A stretch of DNA of 62,978 nucleotides, counting the filler. It is 7 parts of 7 records of this genome, joined end to end, with 100 filler letters (N's around TTAATTAATTAA, not from the genome) between each part and the next. Parts side by side here need not be neighbours in the genome. Positions count along the whole stretch, not along the records: positions 1 to 11,433 come from DRR723986_9413; positions 11,534 to 17,063 come from DRR723986_9425; positions 17,164 to 23,379 come from DRR723986_9433; 4 more parts are not named here. One strand, written 5' to 3'. How positions within the stretch are numbered: position 1 is the first letter of the stretch; each line of letters starts with the position of its first letter. Positions 9,558-20,421 of the stretch are shown one piece after another. A model generated the notes under the pieces. The model had not been told where the DNA came from. It did no database searches and saw only the letters and a list, made by a program, of their open reading frames with translations. Both the position numbers and the translations under genes were made by a program.

Positions 9558-10208
9558 CTATTGTTCTTTGTCGAGTCGTTTGGCGAGCAACTTCCTGGCT
9601 CGGTGCAACGTAACTCGTATGGACACTTGGGATTTCCCAAGAGCTTTACTAATTTCTGCAACGGACATTTCCTCGCCGTACTTGAGCCATAATGCGGAGT
9701 ACTGTTCTTTGGACAGCAATCGGCTGGCCTGTCCCCACAGATTCCCTTCGTCTGCGGGCCGCGGCTGAGGTGCAACGAGGTGCGAAGTCACATCCGGCGT
9801 TTTGTCGTGATCGGGCACCCGAGCCTGTCGGCGATGAAAGTCGATTGCCTGCCGCCTGGCGATCGTGTAGACCCAGGTTGAGAACTGGTAGCGTGCGTCA
9901 AACTTGTGAAGTTGACTCCAGGCTCGCGTCAGGGTGTCTGCCGCAACATCTTCCGCGTCTTGCAAGTGTCCGAGCCGCTTGTACAGAAAACTAACCAGCC
10001 GAGGATAGAAGTGCTCGGTTAGTTCGCCGAACGATGCATTGCACCCTTTGGTCGCCTTGGCAACAAGCTGTTGCATTTGCCCGCGTTCACTTACTTCGCG
10101 GCGTTCACTGACTGGCGCATCACTCCCACCAGCTTGCGACATTTCTGTCGCAAACGAATTGGTAGGTTGACCAAGGATGGATCCTTGGGAGACGCGAACT
10201 TGGGACAA
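9558..10208 (-). CDS. ECF-family RNA polymerase sigma-70 factor
   Basis: Sigma2 DAEDV...FSTWVYTIARR and sigma4 SVAEISKALG...LHRARKLL motifs. Start may be further downstream. Confidence 0.92.
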   Translation of the reverse strand: MSQVRVSQGSILGQPTNSFATEMSQAGGSDAPVSERREVSERGQMQQLVAKATKGCNASFGELTEHFYPRLVSFLYKRLGHLQDAEDVAADTLTRAWSQLHKFDARYQFSTWVYTIARRQAIDFHRRQARVPDHDKTPDVTSHLVAPQPRPADEGNLWGQASRLLSKEQYSALWLKYGEEMSVAEISKALGKSQVSIRVTLHRARKLLAKRLDKEQ

Positions 10209-10279
10209 GTCGATTACCTTCTACAGCGAAATAGTCCGGCAGTACTGCAAGGCCTCTACAGCCTAGAGTATTGCGAGTC

Positions 10280-11299
10280 CTACAGTGGCAGGTCCGCTTC
10301 TTCGCGGAGGAACTTGATCACCAATTGCAGTGGCAGATCGAAGGTTGCCGTGACCACATTGTCTTCTTGATCCACGTTGATCGATTCGATCACACTTGAC
10401 GCGGCATCGCGAAGTTCTTCATTCTCTTTCAGTTCATCAACTGATTCTACCATCAACGAAGCCGCAGCCGAAACTCCTTGGATTAGTTGTCGAATCTGCT
10501 CGGCACGCTTATCGCTCTCGGCAGTTACCGACACGGTTGTCGTCAGGACATCATCTCCCTCGGCAACAGAGACAGCGGCACTTTGAAGTGACTTGACGAC
10601 GTTCGCGAACGGTTCGTCGTCCTCGATGATATCCTTCGGAAGCTCGATCAACGTCACTCGAGCGAACACGCCCCGCGGCAAGTCGGTGTCTACCGTCATC
10701 GTCTTCCACGGCTCAGCGTCGCTAGACTTCGCATCCGCAGTTGGTGCGAGCGACTCCAAGAGCGACATCACTCGATCCGAAGAAGGAGAGATTACAATCC
10801 AGTGGTTTCCGCTGGCATCTTTGTGAATCGCACCGCAGGCGGATTGGCCACCCTCTTTGACGGTGTGAATCGTATGCCCGGCCGCTTCGTGCGAAGAGTA
10901 GCCAGGCAGTGCGAGCAGTAACCCTTCGATGTTTCCAGTTGTTTTTCCAAGCTGGATAATCGCGCTGGCCGTCTTCGGGTTGACATCTTCCAGGTTGTTT
11001 ACTGCGAGAGTGATTGTTCGGATTTCCTGAAGTGGATCGAAGCCGAGCGTTTCGGTTACTTTCGCAAGCAGGTTTTCTTCATCGGTGCCAATTTCTGCGG
11101 CGGCTGTATTGGTTGTCAGCGTCAGCAGTCGCTGGCCAAGCGTACTATTCTTGAATTGCGTAACATCGACAGATGCAACAACCTGCGTATCGGCGGGCAG
11201 GTTCAGGTCCGATGCCTTGCAAGGCGACACCGCGAGACTAGAGAAAACCAGCCCCACAGCCACGAGAAATCTGCTCATCACAATCCGCGTCAATTTCAT
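10280..11299 (-). CDS. Secreted hypothetical protein
   Basis: Signal peptide ending PCKA, AAAGGA RBS before ATG 11299, LPADTQVVASVDV start of mature chain. Confidence 0.75.
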   Translation of the reverse strand: MKLTRIVMSRFLVAVGLVFSSLAVSPCKASDLNLPADTQVVASVDVTQFKNSTLGQRLLTLTTNTAAAEIGTDEENLLAKVTETLGFDPLQEIRTITLAVNNLEDVNPKTASAIIQLGKTTGNIEGLLLALPGYSSHEAAGHTIHTVKEGGQSACGAIHKDASGNHWIVISPSSDRVMSLLESLAPTADAKSSDAEPWKTMTVDTDLPRGVFARVTLIELPKDIIEDDEPFANVVKSLQSAAVSVAEGDDVLTTTVSVTAESDKRAEQIRQLIQGVSAAASLMVESVDELKENEELRDAASSVIESINVDQEDNVVTATFDLPLQLVIKFLREEADLPL

Positions 11300-11354
11300 A
11301 ATCAATTCCTTTACGTATCCTGCGGGAAGCACCGCAATATAAATTAGCAGTCAA

Positions 11355-11433
11355 ACTCCGCGTACCGATCCCAAAGTAGTAGGCACACTCCGCGTGCCGT
11401 TCGCAAAGTAGTAGGCACACTCCGTGTGCCGTC
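11355..11433. repeat. Tandem GTAG-type REP-like palindromes, 32-bp period
   Basis: CAAAGTAGTAGGCACACTCCG(C/T)GTGCCGT twice plus a degenerate partial copy; hairpin GGCACAC-TCC-GTGTGCC; runs into the contig end. Confidence 0.8.
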
Positions 11434-11533
11434 NNNNNNNNNNNNNNNNNNNNNNNNNNNNNNNNNNNNNNNNNNNNTTAATTAATTAANNNNNNNNNNN
11501 NNNNNNNNNNNNNNNNNNNNNNNNNNNNNNNNN
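11434..11533. other. Artificial contig spacer
   Basis: N-run with central TTAATTAATTAA, 100 nt. Confidence 0.99.
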
Positions 11534-12250
11534 CCCGGACCGCCCGCCATATATCTCGGCCACCCGCCGGATCATCCGCAGGTTCGCGCTCAACGCCGCC
11601 ACCACATCCGCCAGCGCCAGCGGCACCAGCGCCGTCACCGTTGCCACCTGACGCGCTGCGGCTTCAACCTCGCGGCTGGCCGCCTGATCCAGCGGCGCCA
11701 GCAATTCCGCCTCGGCCAAATGCAAAAGACCCTCGGCATCCATCTGATCGCCGCGCAACTCTTTCAGACGATCCCGGCCCCAGCGAGTGTCCTCGCGCCC
11801 CCGATACAAACGCACCAAACGGTCCGCCACCGACCGCGCCGCACCCAGATCCTCCTGCGCCAAAGCCTGCCCCGCATCATGACGCAGCCCGTCCAGCTTT
11901 GAGAGCCGGCCAAAGGCCGCCACCTCGCGCAGGCCCATCAGGGTCAGCACCAGCACAAACGCCCCGATCAGAACCGTCATCACCCAGCCCAGAAGCGGAT
12001 ACCGCGCCATCAGGTCCGTAACAAAGGTCCACGCCGTGATGGACACCAGCGCCCCGACCAGGGCCCCGGACAGCCACCAAAACAACCGTCCCAACAGCGA
12101 TGGTTTCCGCGCCGCCAACCGTGCCGCGACCTGCATGGCCTGCCCCTGCGGGGCGGACGGCAAGACATCAGGCACCGGCGGAGCATCCGCCACCTGCGGG
12201 CGCGGCGCGGTGTCTTCCTCGATCTCAAACAGAACCGGACCTTTGGCCAT
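11534..12250 (-). CDS. ycjF: YcjF-family (TIGR01620-like) membrane protein, 3' truncated
   Basis: Two TM helices, VATVTALVPLALAD...IAEIYGGR-like motif; downstream of ycjX; TGATG overlap with GNAT stop. Confidence 0.85.
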
Positions 12251-12696
12251 CACGCGCCCTTCCTTCTTTGCCATTCAAACCGCACATCGGGCAGCTTTTC
12301 ATCCGTCGTTGCGCCATCCGTGCGCTGCACTTCGGTAAATCCGTGGCGCAGATAAAACCGCTGCGCCCTTTCGTTGGTCTGAAATGTCCAGAGTGACAGC
12401 CGGTCGTGTTGGACCATCATATGCTGCAAAAGCGCCGTTCCGACCCCCTGCCCGCGCATCGCGCCCGCCACGTAAAGCGCATCCAGATCCGCGCCATCAC
12501 ATGCAGCAAAGCCGATCACCTCGCCATTTTCTTCGGCCACCGTGACCCAGCCACGTTTGATCATCGCACCTGCATGGGCAATGTCCTCGGCCCCGCTGTG
12601 CAGCTTTGGCATCCATTCGGTTGTCGCGGCAAATTCGGTCAAAATGCCTCCGACAGCCCCGGCATCGGTGGACCGCGCCGCCCGCAGAACCGTCAT
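12250..12696 (-). CDS. GNAT family N-acetyltransferase
   Basis: LYV...RGQGVGTALL acetyl-CoA motif A, NERAQRFYLRHGF motif B. Confidence 0.9.
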   Translation of the reverse strand: MTVLRAARSTDAGAVGGILTEFAATTEWMPKLHSGAEDIAHAGAMIKRGWVTVAEENGEVIGFAACDGADLDALYVAGAMRGQGVGTALLQHMMVQHDRLSLWTFQTNERAQRFYLRHGFTEVQRTDGATTDEKLPDVRFEWQRRKGA

Positions 12697-14108
12697 AACC
12701 GATCCCCGAACAAAAACTCTGCCGCACGGTCCAATCTGATATGCGGCGGCCCGTCACCCGGGCGCAGGTTCAACGGCGCCGGGGCAAAGCGCATCACCTG
12801 ATAATCCTGATCCAGCCACGCCTTTGCCCCCTGCCGCGCGGGCGTCAGCAGATGCGCAGGGTCTTGGGGGAAATCGCCGGGGTAAAACGCCGCCTCCTTG
12901 CCCGTCTCAAGCAACGTGCCGCGCACCACCGGCAACATATCGCCCCCATGTTTCATCTCGTCCTCCGTGGTCGCCCTGAGCGAGGCGATGGACAAGGCAG
13001 CAGTGCCCGCACCTGCGTATTGCGCCCGATCCTGCGCCTCACGGACCAGCGCCTGCATGATCGCAGTCAGACGCGGATGCTGTTTGTGGTGCAGATGATC
13101 CGCCTTGGTGGCCGCAAACAGGATCTTTTCCACCCGTTTGCCGCGCAACAGATTGCTGAGAAACCCGTTGTTGCCGGGCCGGAACGCCGACAATGTCTCG
13201 CTCAGTGCCGCGCGCAAGTCCTCAACCGCCTGCGGCCCTTGATGGATCGCGCCCAACGCATCAACCAAAACCACCTGCCGGTCGATCCGCGCAAAGTGAT
13301 CGCGGAAGAATGGCTGCACCACACGTTTTTTGTAGGCCTCGAACCGACGGGCCATTTCGCGGTGCAAAGACCCGCGCTTTGACGGGCCATCCGTGCGCAA
13401 GGGCGCAAAGGTCAGCACCGGCGATCCGGCCAGATCACCGGGCAGCAGAAACCGCCCCGGCGTGCAATCGGAAAAGCCATCTCGCCGCGCGGCCTGTAGA
13501 TAGCTGGCAAACGCCCGCGCCAGATCCTGCGCCAAAGTCTCTTGGTGTTTGGCCTCGGGATCCGCGGTCTTGGCCAGCGCCAAAAACGCCTCAGCGGCGC
13601 TCCTGCTTTCAATGCGGCTTAGGGTGTCGTTGGACCAGTCTTCATAGCTACGCTCCATCAACCCCAGATCCAGCAGCCATTCGCCGGGGTAATCTACGAT
13701 ATCCAGATGGATGGTGCGCGGCCCCTGCAACCCGGACAAAAGCCCGTTTGGGCGCACTTTGAGCGACAGGCGCAGCTCAGATATCGCCCGCGTGCTGTCG
13801 GGCCAATGTGGCGCAGGGCCGGTCAGCGCGGCAAGGTGGTTTTCATAATCAAAGCGCGGCACGGTGTCATCGGGCTGCGGCTGCAAAAACGCCGCCTCAA
13901 TCCGCCCCTCGGACGCGGCCAAAAGCCCCGGCATCCGGCCACGGTCCAGCAGATTGGCCACCAGCGATGTGATGAACACGGTTTTGCCCGACCGCGCCAA
14001 GCCGGTTACGCCAAGACGGATCACCGGTTCAAAAAATGTCTCTGACACGGTGTCTTGCACCGTTTCAACCTGCCGCCAGATGCCATCGGCAATGCGTGAG
14101 ATGACCAA
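12693..14108 (-). CDS. ycjX: YcjX-family P-loop NTPase
   Basis: IRLGVTGLARSGKTVFITSLV, DIVDYPGEWLLD, FAATKADH, PHIRLDRA motifs. Confidence 0.92.
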   Translation of the reverse strand: MVISRIADGIWRQVETVQDTVSETFFEPVIRLGVTGLARSGKTVFITSLVANLLDRGRMPGLLAASEGRIEAAFLQPQPDDTVPRFDYENHLAALTGPAPHWPDSTRAISELRLSLKVRPNGLLSGLQGPRTIHLDIVDYPGEWLLDLGLMERSYEDWSNDTLSRIESRSAAEAFLALAKTADPEAKHQETLAQDLARAFASYLQAARRDGFSDCTPGRFLLPGDLAGSPVLTFAPLRTDGPSKRGSLHREMARRFEAYKKRVVQPFFRDHFARIDRQVVLVDALGAIHQGPQAVEDLRAALSETLSAFRPGNNGFLSNLLRGKRVEKILFAATKADHLHHKQHPRLTAIMQALVREAQDRAQYAGAGTAALSIASLRATTEDEMKHGGDMLPVVRGTLLETGKEAAFYPGDFPQDPAHLLTPARQGAKAWLDQDYQVMRFAPAPLNLRPGDGPPHIRLDRAAEFLFGDRL

Positions 14109-14198
14109 AGCTGCGTCCGCCCCGAAATGTGTTTGGCCTTAACATAGGCAGGCGGGTGAGGGATTGCCAGACGCCAGCCACCGCGCTAGACGCGGCGC

Positions 14199-14966
14199 AT
14201 GCCCCGTTTTGCCCTCAAAATCGAATACCACGGCGCGCCCTTTGTCGGCTGGCAGCGGCAGGTGGACCTGCCTTCTGTACAGGGCGCGATTGAGGCCGCC
14301 TTGGCCAAGCTGGAGCCGCGCGATCACACCATCGCCGCTGCCGGGCGCACCGATGCTGGCGTGCATGCTCTGGCGCAGGTGGCCCATTGCGACATGACCG
14401 GCGATTGGCAGGCGTTTCGCCTGTCCGAGGCGCTCAATTACCATCTCAAGCCGCAGCCTGTGGCGATCACCGCCTGTGTGGCCGTTGAGGAGGATTTTCA
14501 CGCGCGGTTTTCAGCGCTTGAGCGGCGCTATCTGTTCCGCATCCTGTCGCGCCGCGCCCCGGCCACCCATCAAGAGGGGCTGGTCTGGCAGGTCAAACAT
14601 GATCTGGATGAAACCGCCATGCAGGCCGCTGCGGATATTCTGGTGGGCAAACATGATTTCACCACCTTCCGTTCAACCATCTGTCAGGCTGACAGCCCGG
14701 TAAAGACGCTGGACCATCTGAAGGTCAGCCGCATCGAAACACCGGGCGGCACCGAGTTTCATTTTGATGTGCGGGCAAGGTCCTTTTTGCACAATCAGGT
14801 CCGTAGCTTTGTCGGGACGTTGGAACGGGTCGGCGCCGGATCATGGACGCCTCAGGATGTACAAGCCGCGCTGGAGGCCCGCGACCGCGCAGCCTGCGGG
14901 CCGGTCTGCCCGCCCCAGGGCCTCTATCTGGCGCATGTCAGCTATCCCGTAGATCCGTTCGCTTAG
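14199..14966 (+). CDS. truA: tRNA pseudouridine(38-40) synthase TruA
   Basis: [29 protein letters not shown] motifs. Confidence 0.97.
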   Translation: MPRFALKIEYHGAPFVGWQRQVDLPSVQGAIEAALAKLEPRDHTIAAAGRTDAGVHALAQVAHCDMTGDWQAFRLSEALNYHLKPQPVAITACVAVEEDFHARFSALERRYLFRILSRRAPATHQEGLVWQVKHDLDETAMQAAADILVGKHDFTTFRSTICQADSPVKTLDHLKVSRIETPGGTEFHFDVRARSFLHNQVRSFVGTLERVGAGSWTPQDVQAALEARDRAACGPVCPPQGLYLAHVSYPVDPFA

Positions 14967-14975
14967 GCGCAGGCC

Positions 14976-16394
14976 TTACAGCGCGTTCCAATCACCGTGA
15001 AATTTGCCGTCTTCGTCGGTGCGGGCAAAGCCATGCGCCCCAAAGAAATCCCGCTGCGCCTGTATAAGGTTTGCGGTGCCGCGACCCCGGCGCATGGTAT
15101 CGTACCACGCCAGCGAAGCAGACAACGCCGGCATCGCCGCGCCTTGCGCGATCGCCGATGACAAAACCCGCCGCAATGCCGGCACGGATGCCTCTAGCCG
15201 CGCGCGCATGGACGGCGCAAGGATCAGATGGCAGGCAGGCAATTCACTGCGGAACGCATCCGCAAATTCGTCCAGAAGGGCCGAACGGATGATACAGCCC
15301 GCCCGCCAGATCTCTGATATCCGCGCCATATCGAGGGACCAGTCAAACTCTTCCGATGCGGCCCAAAGCACGCGAAACCCCTGCGCATGGGCCAGAATGC
15401 GCCCCGCCAGCATCGCCTGTTCCAGATCTGCCGGGCTTGGCATATCTGCCACAAGCGTGCCAGCTGCCAGCAAGGGTTCGGCCATCACCCGTGTGTCTTT
15501 CTCCGAGGACCAGCCACGCGCCCCCACCGCCGCCTCAATGGTATTGGCCGATTGGCCCATCTTCAGCGCCTCGATCAAGGTCCAGCGGCCCGTGCCTTTT
15601 TGCCCGGCCTGATCGCGGATCACATCCACCATCGGTTGGCCGGTCTTGCTGTCGATTGACAAAAGCGCCGCTGCGGAGACCTCGATCAAATAGGAACTCA
15701 GCGGGCCGTCCGTCCACCCCTCAAACAGCGCACCGATCTGCGGCGCCGATTGTCCGCCCGCATCGCGCAGCAAACCGTAAATCTCGGCGATCATCTGCAT
15801 ATCGGCATATTCGATACCGTTGTGCACTGTCTTTACAAAATGCCCCGCGCCGTCCGGCCCCAGATGCGCCACGCAAGGCTCGCCCTTGAACTTTGCTGCA
15901 ATCGCTTCGGCCATCGGGCGCAGGCTGGTCCATGAATGATCCGTGCCGCCCACCATCATCGAAGGGCCGTGCCGTGCGCCCTCTTCGCCCCCCGATACGC
16001 CCATCCCGACAAAATGCAGCCCCGTACCAGCCAGATCGGCGGAACGACGGCGGGTGTCATTGAAATTGGCATTCCCACCGTCAATGATCGTATCGCCCTC
16101 CTCCAGATGCGGGCGAATGGCCTCGATCATGGCGTCCATCGGCGCGCCGGACGGGATCATGAAAAGGATACTGCGTGGCCGCGCATTGGCCGCAACAAAA
16201 TCTGCCAAATCGGCCTGCCCGGTCAGCCGCTTGGCCAGGGGACCGGCCTCTTTGATGAAATCGTCAATCCAATTGGCCTCGCGGTTGGAAACCGCCACAT
16301 CAAACCCGCTGTCGGCCAAATTCAATGCCAGTGCAGAACCCATTGTGCCCAACCCGTAGACGCCAATATCCGCACCCTTTGACTGTTTGTTCAT
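14976..16394 (-). CDS. gnd: 6-phosphogluconate dehydrogenase (decarboxylating, long form)
   Basis: GLGTMG, GVSGGEEGA, FVKTVHNGIEY, QAQRDFFGAH motifs. Confidence 0.95.
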   Translation of the reverse strand: MNKQSKGADIGVYGLGTMGSALALNLADSGFDVAVSNREANWIDDFIKEAGPLAKRLTGQADLADFVAANARPRSILFMIPSGAPMDAMIEAIRPHLEEGDTIIDGGNANFNDTRRRSADLAGTGLHFVGMGVSGGEEGARHGPSMMVGGTDHSWTSLRPMAEAIAAKFKGEPCVAHLGPDGAGHFVKTVHNGIEYADMQMIAEIYGLLRDAGGQSAPQIGALFEGWTDGPLSSYLIEVSAAALLSIDSKTGQPMVDVIRDQAGQKGTGRWTLIEALKMGQSANTIEAAVGARGWSSEKDTRVMAEPLLAAGTLVADMPSPADLEQAMLAGRILAHAQGFRVLWAASEEFDWSLDMARISEIWRAGCIIRSALLDEFADAFRSELPACHLILAPSMRARLEASVPALRRVLSSAIAQGAAMPALSASLAWYDTMRRGRGTANLIQAQRDFFGAHGFARTDEDGKFHGDWNAL

Positions 16395-16571
16395 GGCTGC
16401 CGCTGCTCCCGGATCTGTCTCAAGTGTCACCTGTTCTCAATCCCATTTAAGCGGCCCACCTCAGGAAGGCCAATAGACATTCGCCTCTGCGGCCAACGCG
16501 CAGGCCCTGCCAAACCGCCCAAATCCCATCCACATAGGCAATAAACCGTCAAAAAAGTTCAATATGCCACA

Positions 16572-16591
16572 TCGTATACAATGGTATACCG
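16572..16591. promoter_or_regulatory. Tandem GTATAC palindromes, candidate GntR/FadR-family operator
   Basis: TCGTATACAA-TGGTATACCG, two palindromes 10 bp apart in the divergent gnd/icd intergenic region. Confidence 0.5.
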
Positions 16592-16619
16592 TAGACGCGC
16601 CCAGATGAACCCGCTATGA

Positions 16620-17063
<444 letters not shown>

Positions 17064-17163
17064 NNNNNNNNNNNNNNNNNNNNNNNNNNNNNNNNNNNNN
17101 NNNNNNNTTAATTAATTAANNNNNNNNNNNNNNNNNNNNNNNNNNNNNNNNNNNNNNNNNNNN
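17064..17163. other. Artificial contig spacer
   Basis: N-run with TTAATTAATTAA. Confidence 0.99.
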
Positions 17164-18637
<1,474 letters not shown>

Positions 18638-18652
18638 CGGGAGCGTGTCGCC

Positions 18653-19054
18653 ATGGCCAAGGAGTACAGCCGGACCCAGCGCGTTGCCGATTACCTGCAG
18701 CGCGAACTGGCGGGATTGATCCAGCACGAGCTGCGCGATCCGCGTCTCGGCATGGTCAGTCTGACGGCGGTCGACGTGAGCCGTGACCTCGGGCACGCAC
18801 GGGTGTACTACACACTGCTGAATTGCGATACCGAGGAAGAGGCGCACCAGGCCACCGAGGTACTGAACAAGGCGGCGGGGTTCCTGCGCAGCGAACTGTC
18901 CCGGGACGCCACCATGCGCAGCGTACCGCGCCTCAAGTTTTACTTTGATACCAGCATCGGCCGCGGTCGTGAGCTGGAAAGCCTGATCAGCCAGGCGGCG
19001 GAAGCCGATCGCAAGCTCGGCCTGCGGGCTGAGGATGGCGAGGACCAGGGCTGA
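18653..19054 (+). CDS. rbfA: 30S ribosome-binding factor A
   Basis: MAKEYSRTQRV...DPRLG...VPRLKF; follows infB. Confidence 0.97.
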   Translation: MAKEYSRTQRVADYLQRELAGLIQHELRDPRLGMVSLTAVDVSRDLGHARVYYTLLNCDTEEEAHQATEVLNKAAGFLRSELSRDATMRSVPRLKFYFDTSIGRGRELESLISQAAEADRKLGLRAEDGEDQG

Positions 19055-19057
19055 ACC

Positions 19058-19987
19058 GTGGCCAGACGGCGTCGCGGGCGGCCACTAGACGGAATCCTGG
19101 TTCTCGACAAACCGTCAGGAATGAGTTCCAACCGGGCCCTGCAGATAGCCAAGCGCCTGTTTTTTGCTGCCAAGGCGGGGCATACCGGTAGCCTGGATCC
19201 GCTGGCAACGGGGGTGTTGCCACTGTGTTTCGGCGAGGCGACGAAGTTTTCCCAGTACCTGCTGGATGCGGACAAGGCCTACGACAGCACGTTTGTGCTG
19301 GGGCAGGCGACCGATACCGGGGATGCCGAGGGACAGCTCAAGTCGGAAGCTGATGCATCGGAGCTGACCCTGGCCCGGGTAGAGGAAGCGCTGACGGCCT
19401 TCCGCGGCGAGATCGAGCAGGTGCCTTCGATGTTTTCGGCGATCAAGCAGGACGGTCAGCCGCTGTACAAGCTGGCCCGGGAAGGCAAGGAAGTTGAACG
19501 GAAGGCACGCAGGGTGCATGTCAGCCGGCTCGAGATACGGGATTTTCGTCCCGGCCGTCTCGCCGAACTGGATGTGTCCCTGTCCTGCAGCAAAGGGACC
19601 TATGTGCGGTCAATTGCCGAGGATCTTGGCAAGGCACTGGGCCTGGGCGGCCATGTCAGCGTGCTGCGACGCACCGCGGCGGGGCCTTTCAGCCTGGTTG
19701 ATAGCGTTACCCTGGGTACGCTGGAAGCCTTGAAGGCCAACGACCGGCTGGCCGAAATGGACAGCCTGCTGGTGCCGGCCGACGCGGCGCTGGGCGATTT
19801 GCCCCTGGTGAAGCTGAGTGAATCCGCGGGATTCTACATGCGCCAGGGTCAGCCGGTGCTAGTGCCAAACGCGCCCTGTGATGGTATGGTGCGCGTCGCT
19901 CTGGACAGCGGTGAGTTCCTGGGCGTTGGAGAGATATTGGACGATGGGCGCGTGGCGCCGCGTCGCCTGATAGTCACCGGAAGGTGA
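19058..19987 (+). CDS. truB: tRNA pseudouridine(55) synthase TruB
   Basis: LDKPSG, KAGHTGSLDPLATG, CSKGTYVRS motifs. Confidence 0.97.
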   Translation: MARRRRGRPLDGILVLDKPSGMSSNRALQIAKRLFFAAKAGHTGSLDPLATGVLPLCFGEATKFSQYLLDADKAYDSTFVLGQATDTGDAEGQLKSEADASELTLARVEEALTAFRGEIEQVPSMFSAIKQDGQPLYKLAREGKEVERKARRVHVSRLEIRDFRPGRLAELDVSLSCSKGTYVRSIAEDLGKALGLGGHVSVLRRTAAGPFSLVDSVTLGTLEALKANDRLAEMDSLLVPADAALGDLPLVKLSESAGFYMRQGQPVLVPNAPCDGMVRVALDSGEFLGVGEILDDGRVAPRRLIVTGR

Positions 19988-20092
19988 CGCGAACCTGTCT
20001 GTAAATCTGCACGGACAGGCTCTTTTATCAATGACGGTCTTCAAGGCGAGCGTTGCTCCCGGGGCCGGGGCAGATTAAACGAGGAAATAACC

Positions 20093-20362
20093 ATGGCATT
20101 AGATGCTGAAAAGAAAGCGGAAATCGTAAAAGAGTACCAGCAAGGCGCGGCCGACACAGGCTCCCCGGAAGTACAGGTAGCGCTGCTCACGGCAAATATC
20201 GAGCAGCTTCAGGGGCACTTCCAGTCGCACAAGCAGGACCACCATTCACGTCGCGGCCTGATCCGCATGGTAAACCAGCGGCGCAAATTGCTGGATTACC
20301 TCAAGCGCAAAGACACGGCTCGCTACTCTGACCTGATCAAGCGTCTGGGTCTGCGTCGATAA
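20093..20362 (+). CDS. rpsO: 30S ribosomal protein S15
   Basis: [34 protein letters not shown]. Confidence 0.98.
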   Translation: MALDAEKKAEIVKEYQQGAADTGSPEVQVALLTANIEQLQGHFQSHKQDHHSRRGLIRMVNQRRKLLDYLKRKDTARYSDLIKRLGLRR

Positions 20363-20421
20363 GTCGCTTTCATACCGGGGCCAATGGCCCCGGTAGTCAT
20401 TTCAAGAATTGGAGAATAAAT

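Noticed and set aside
11355-11433. Possible CRISPR array
   Set aside because: Units are directly adjacent with no unique spacers, and no cas genes are present; fits REP-like repeats.
11478-11489. TTAATTAATTAA motif repeated six times
   Set aside because: Synthetic all-frame stop linker inside N-runs, not biological.
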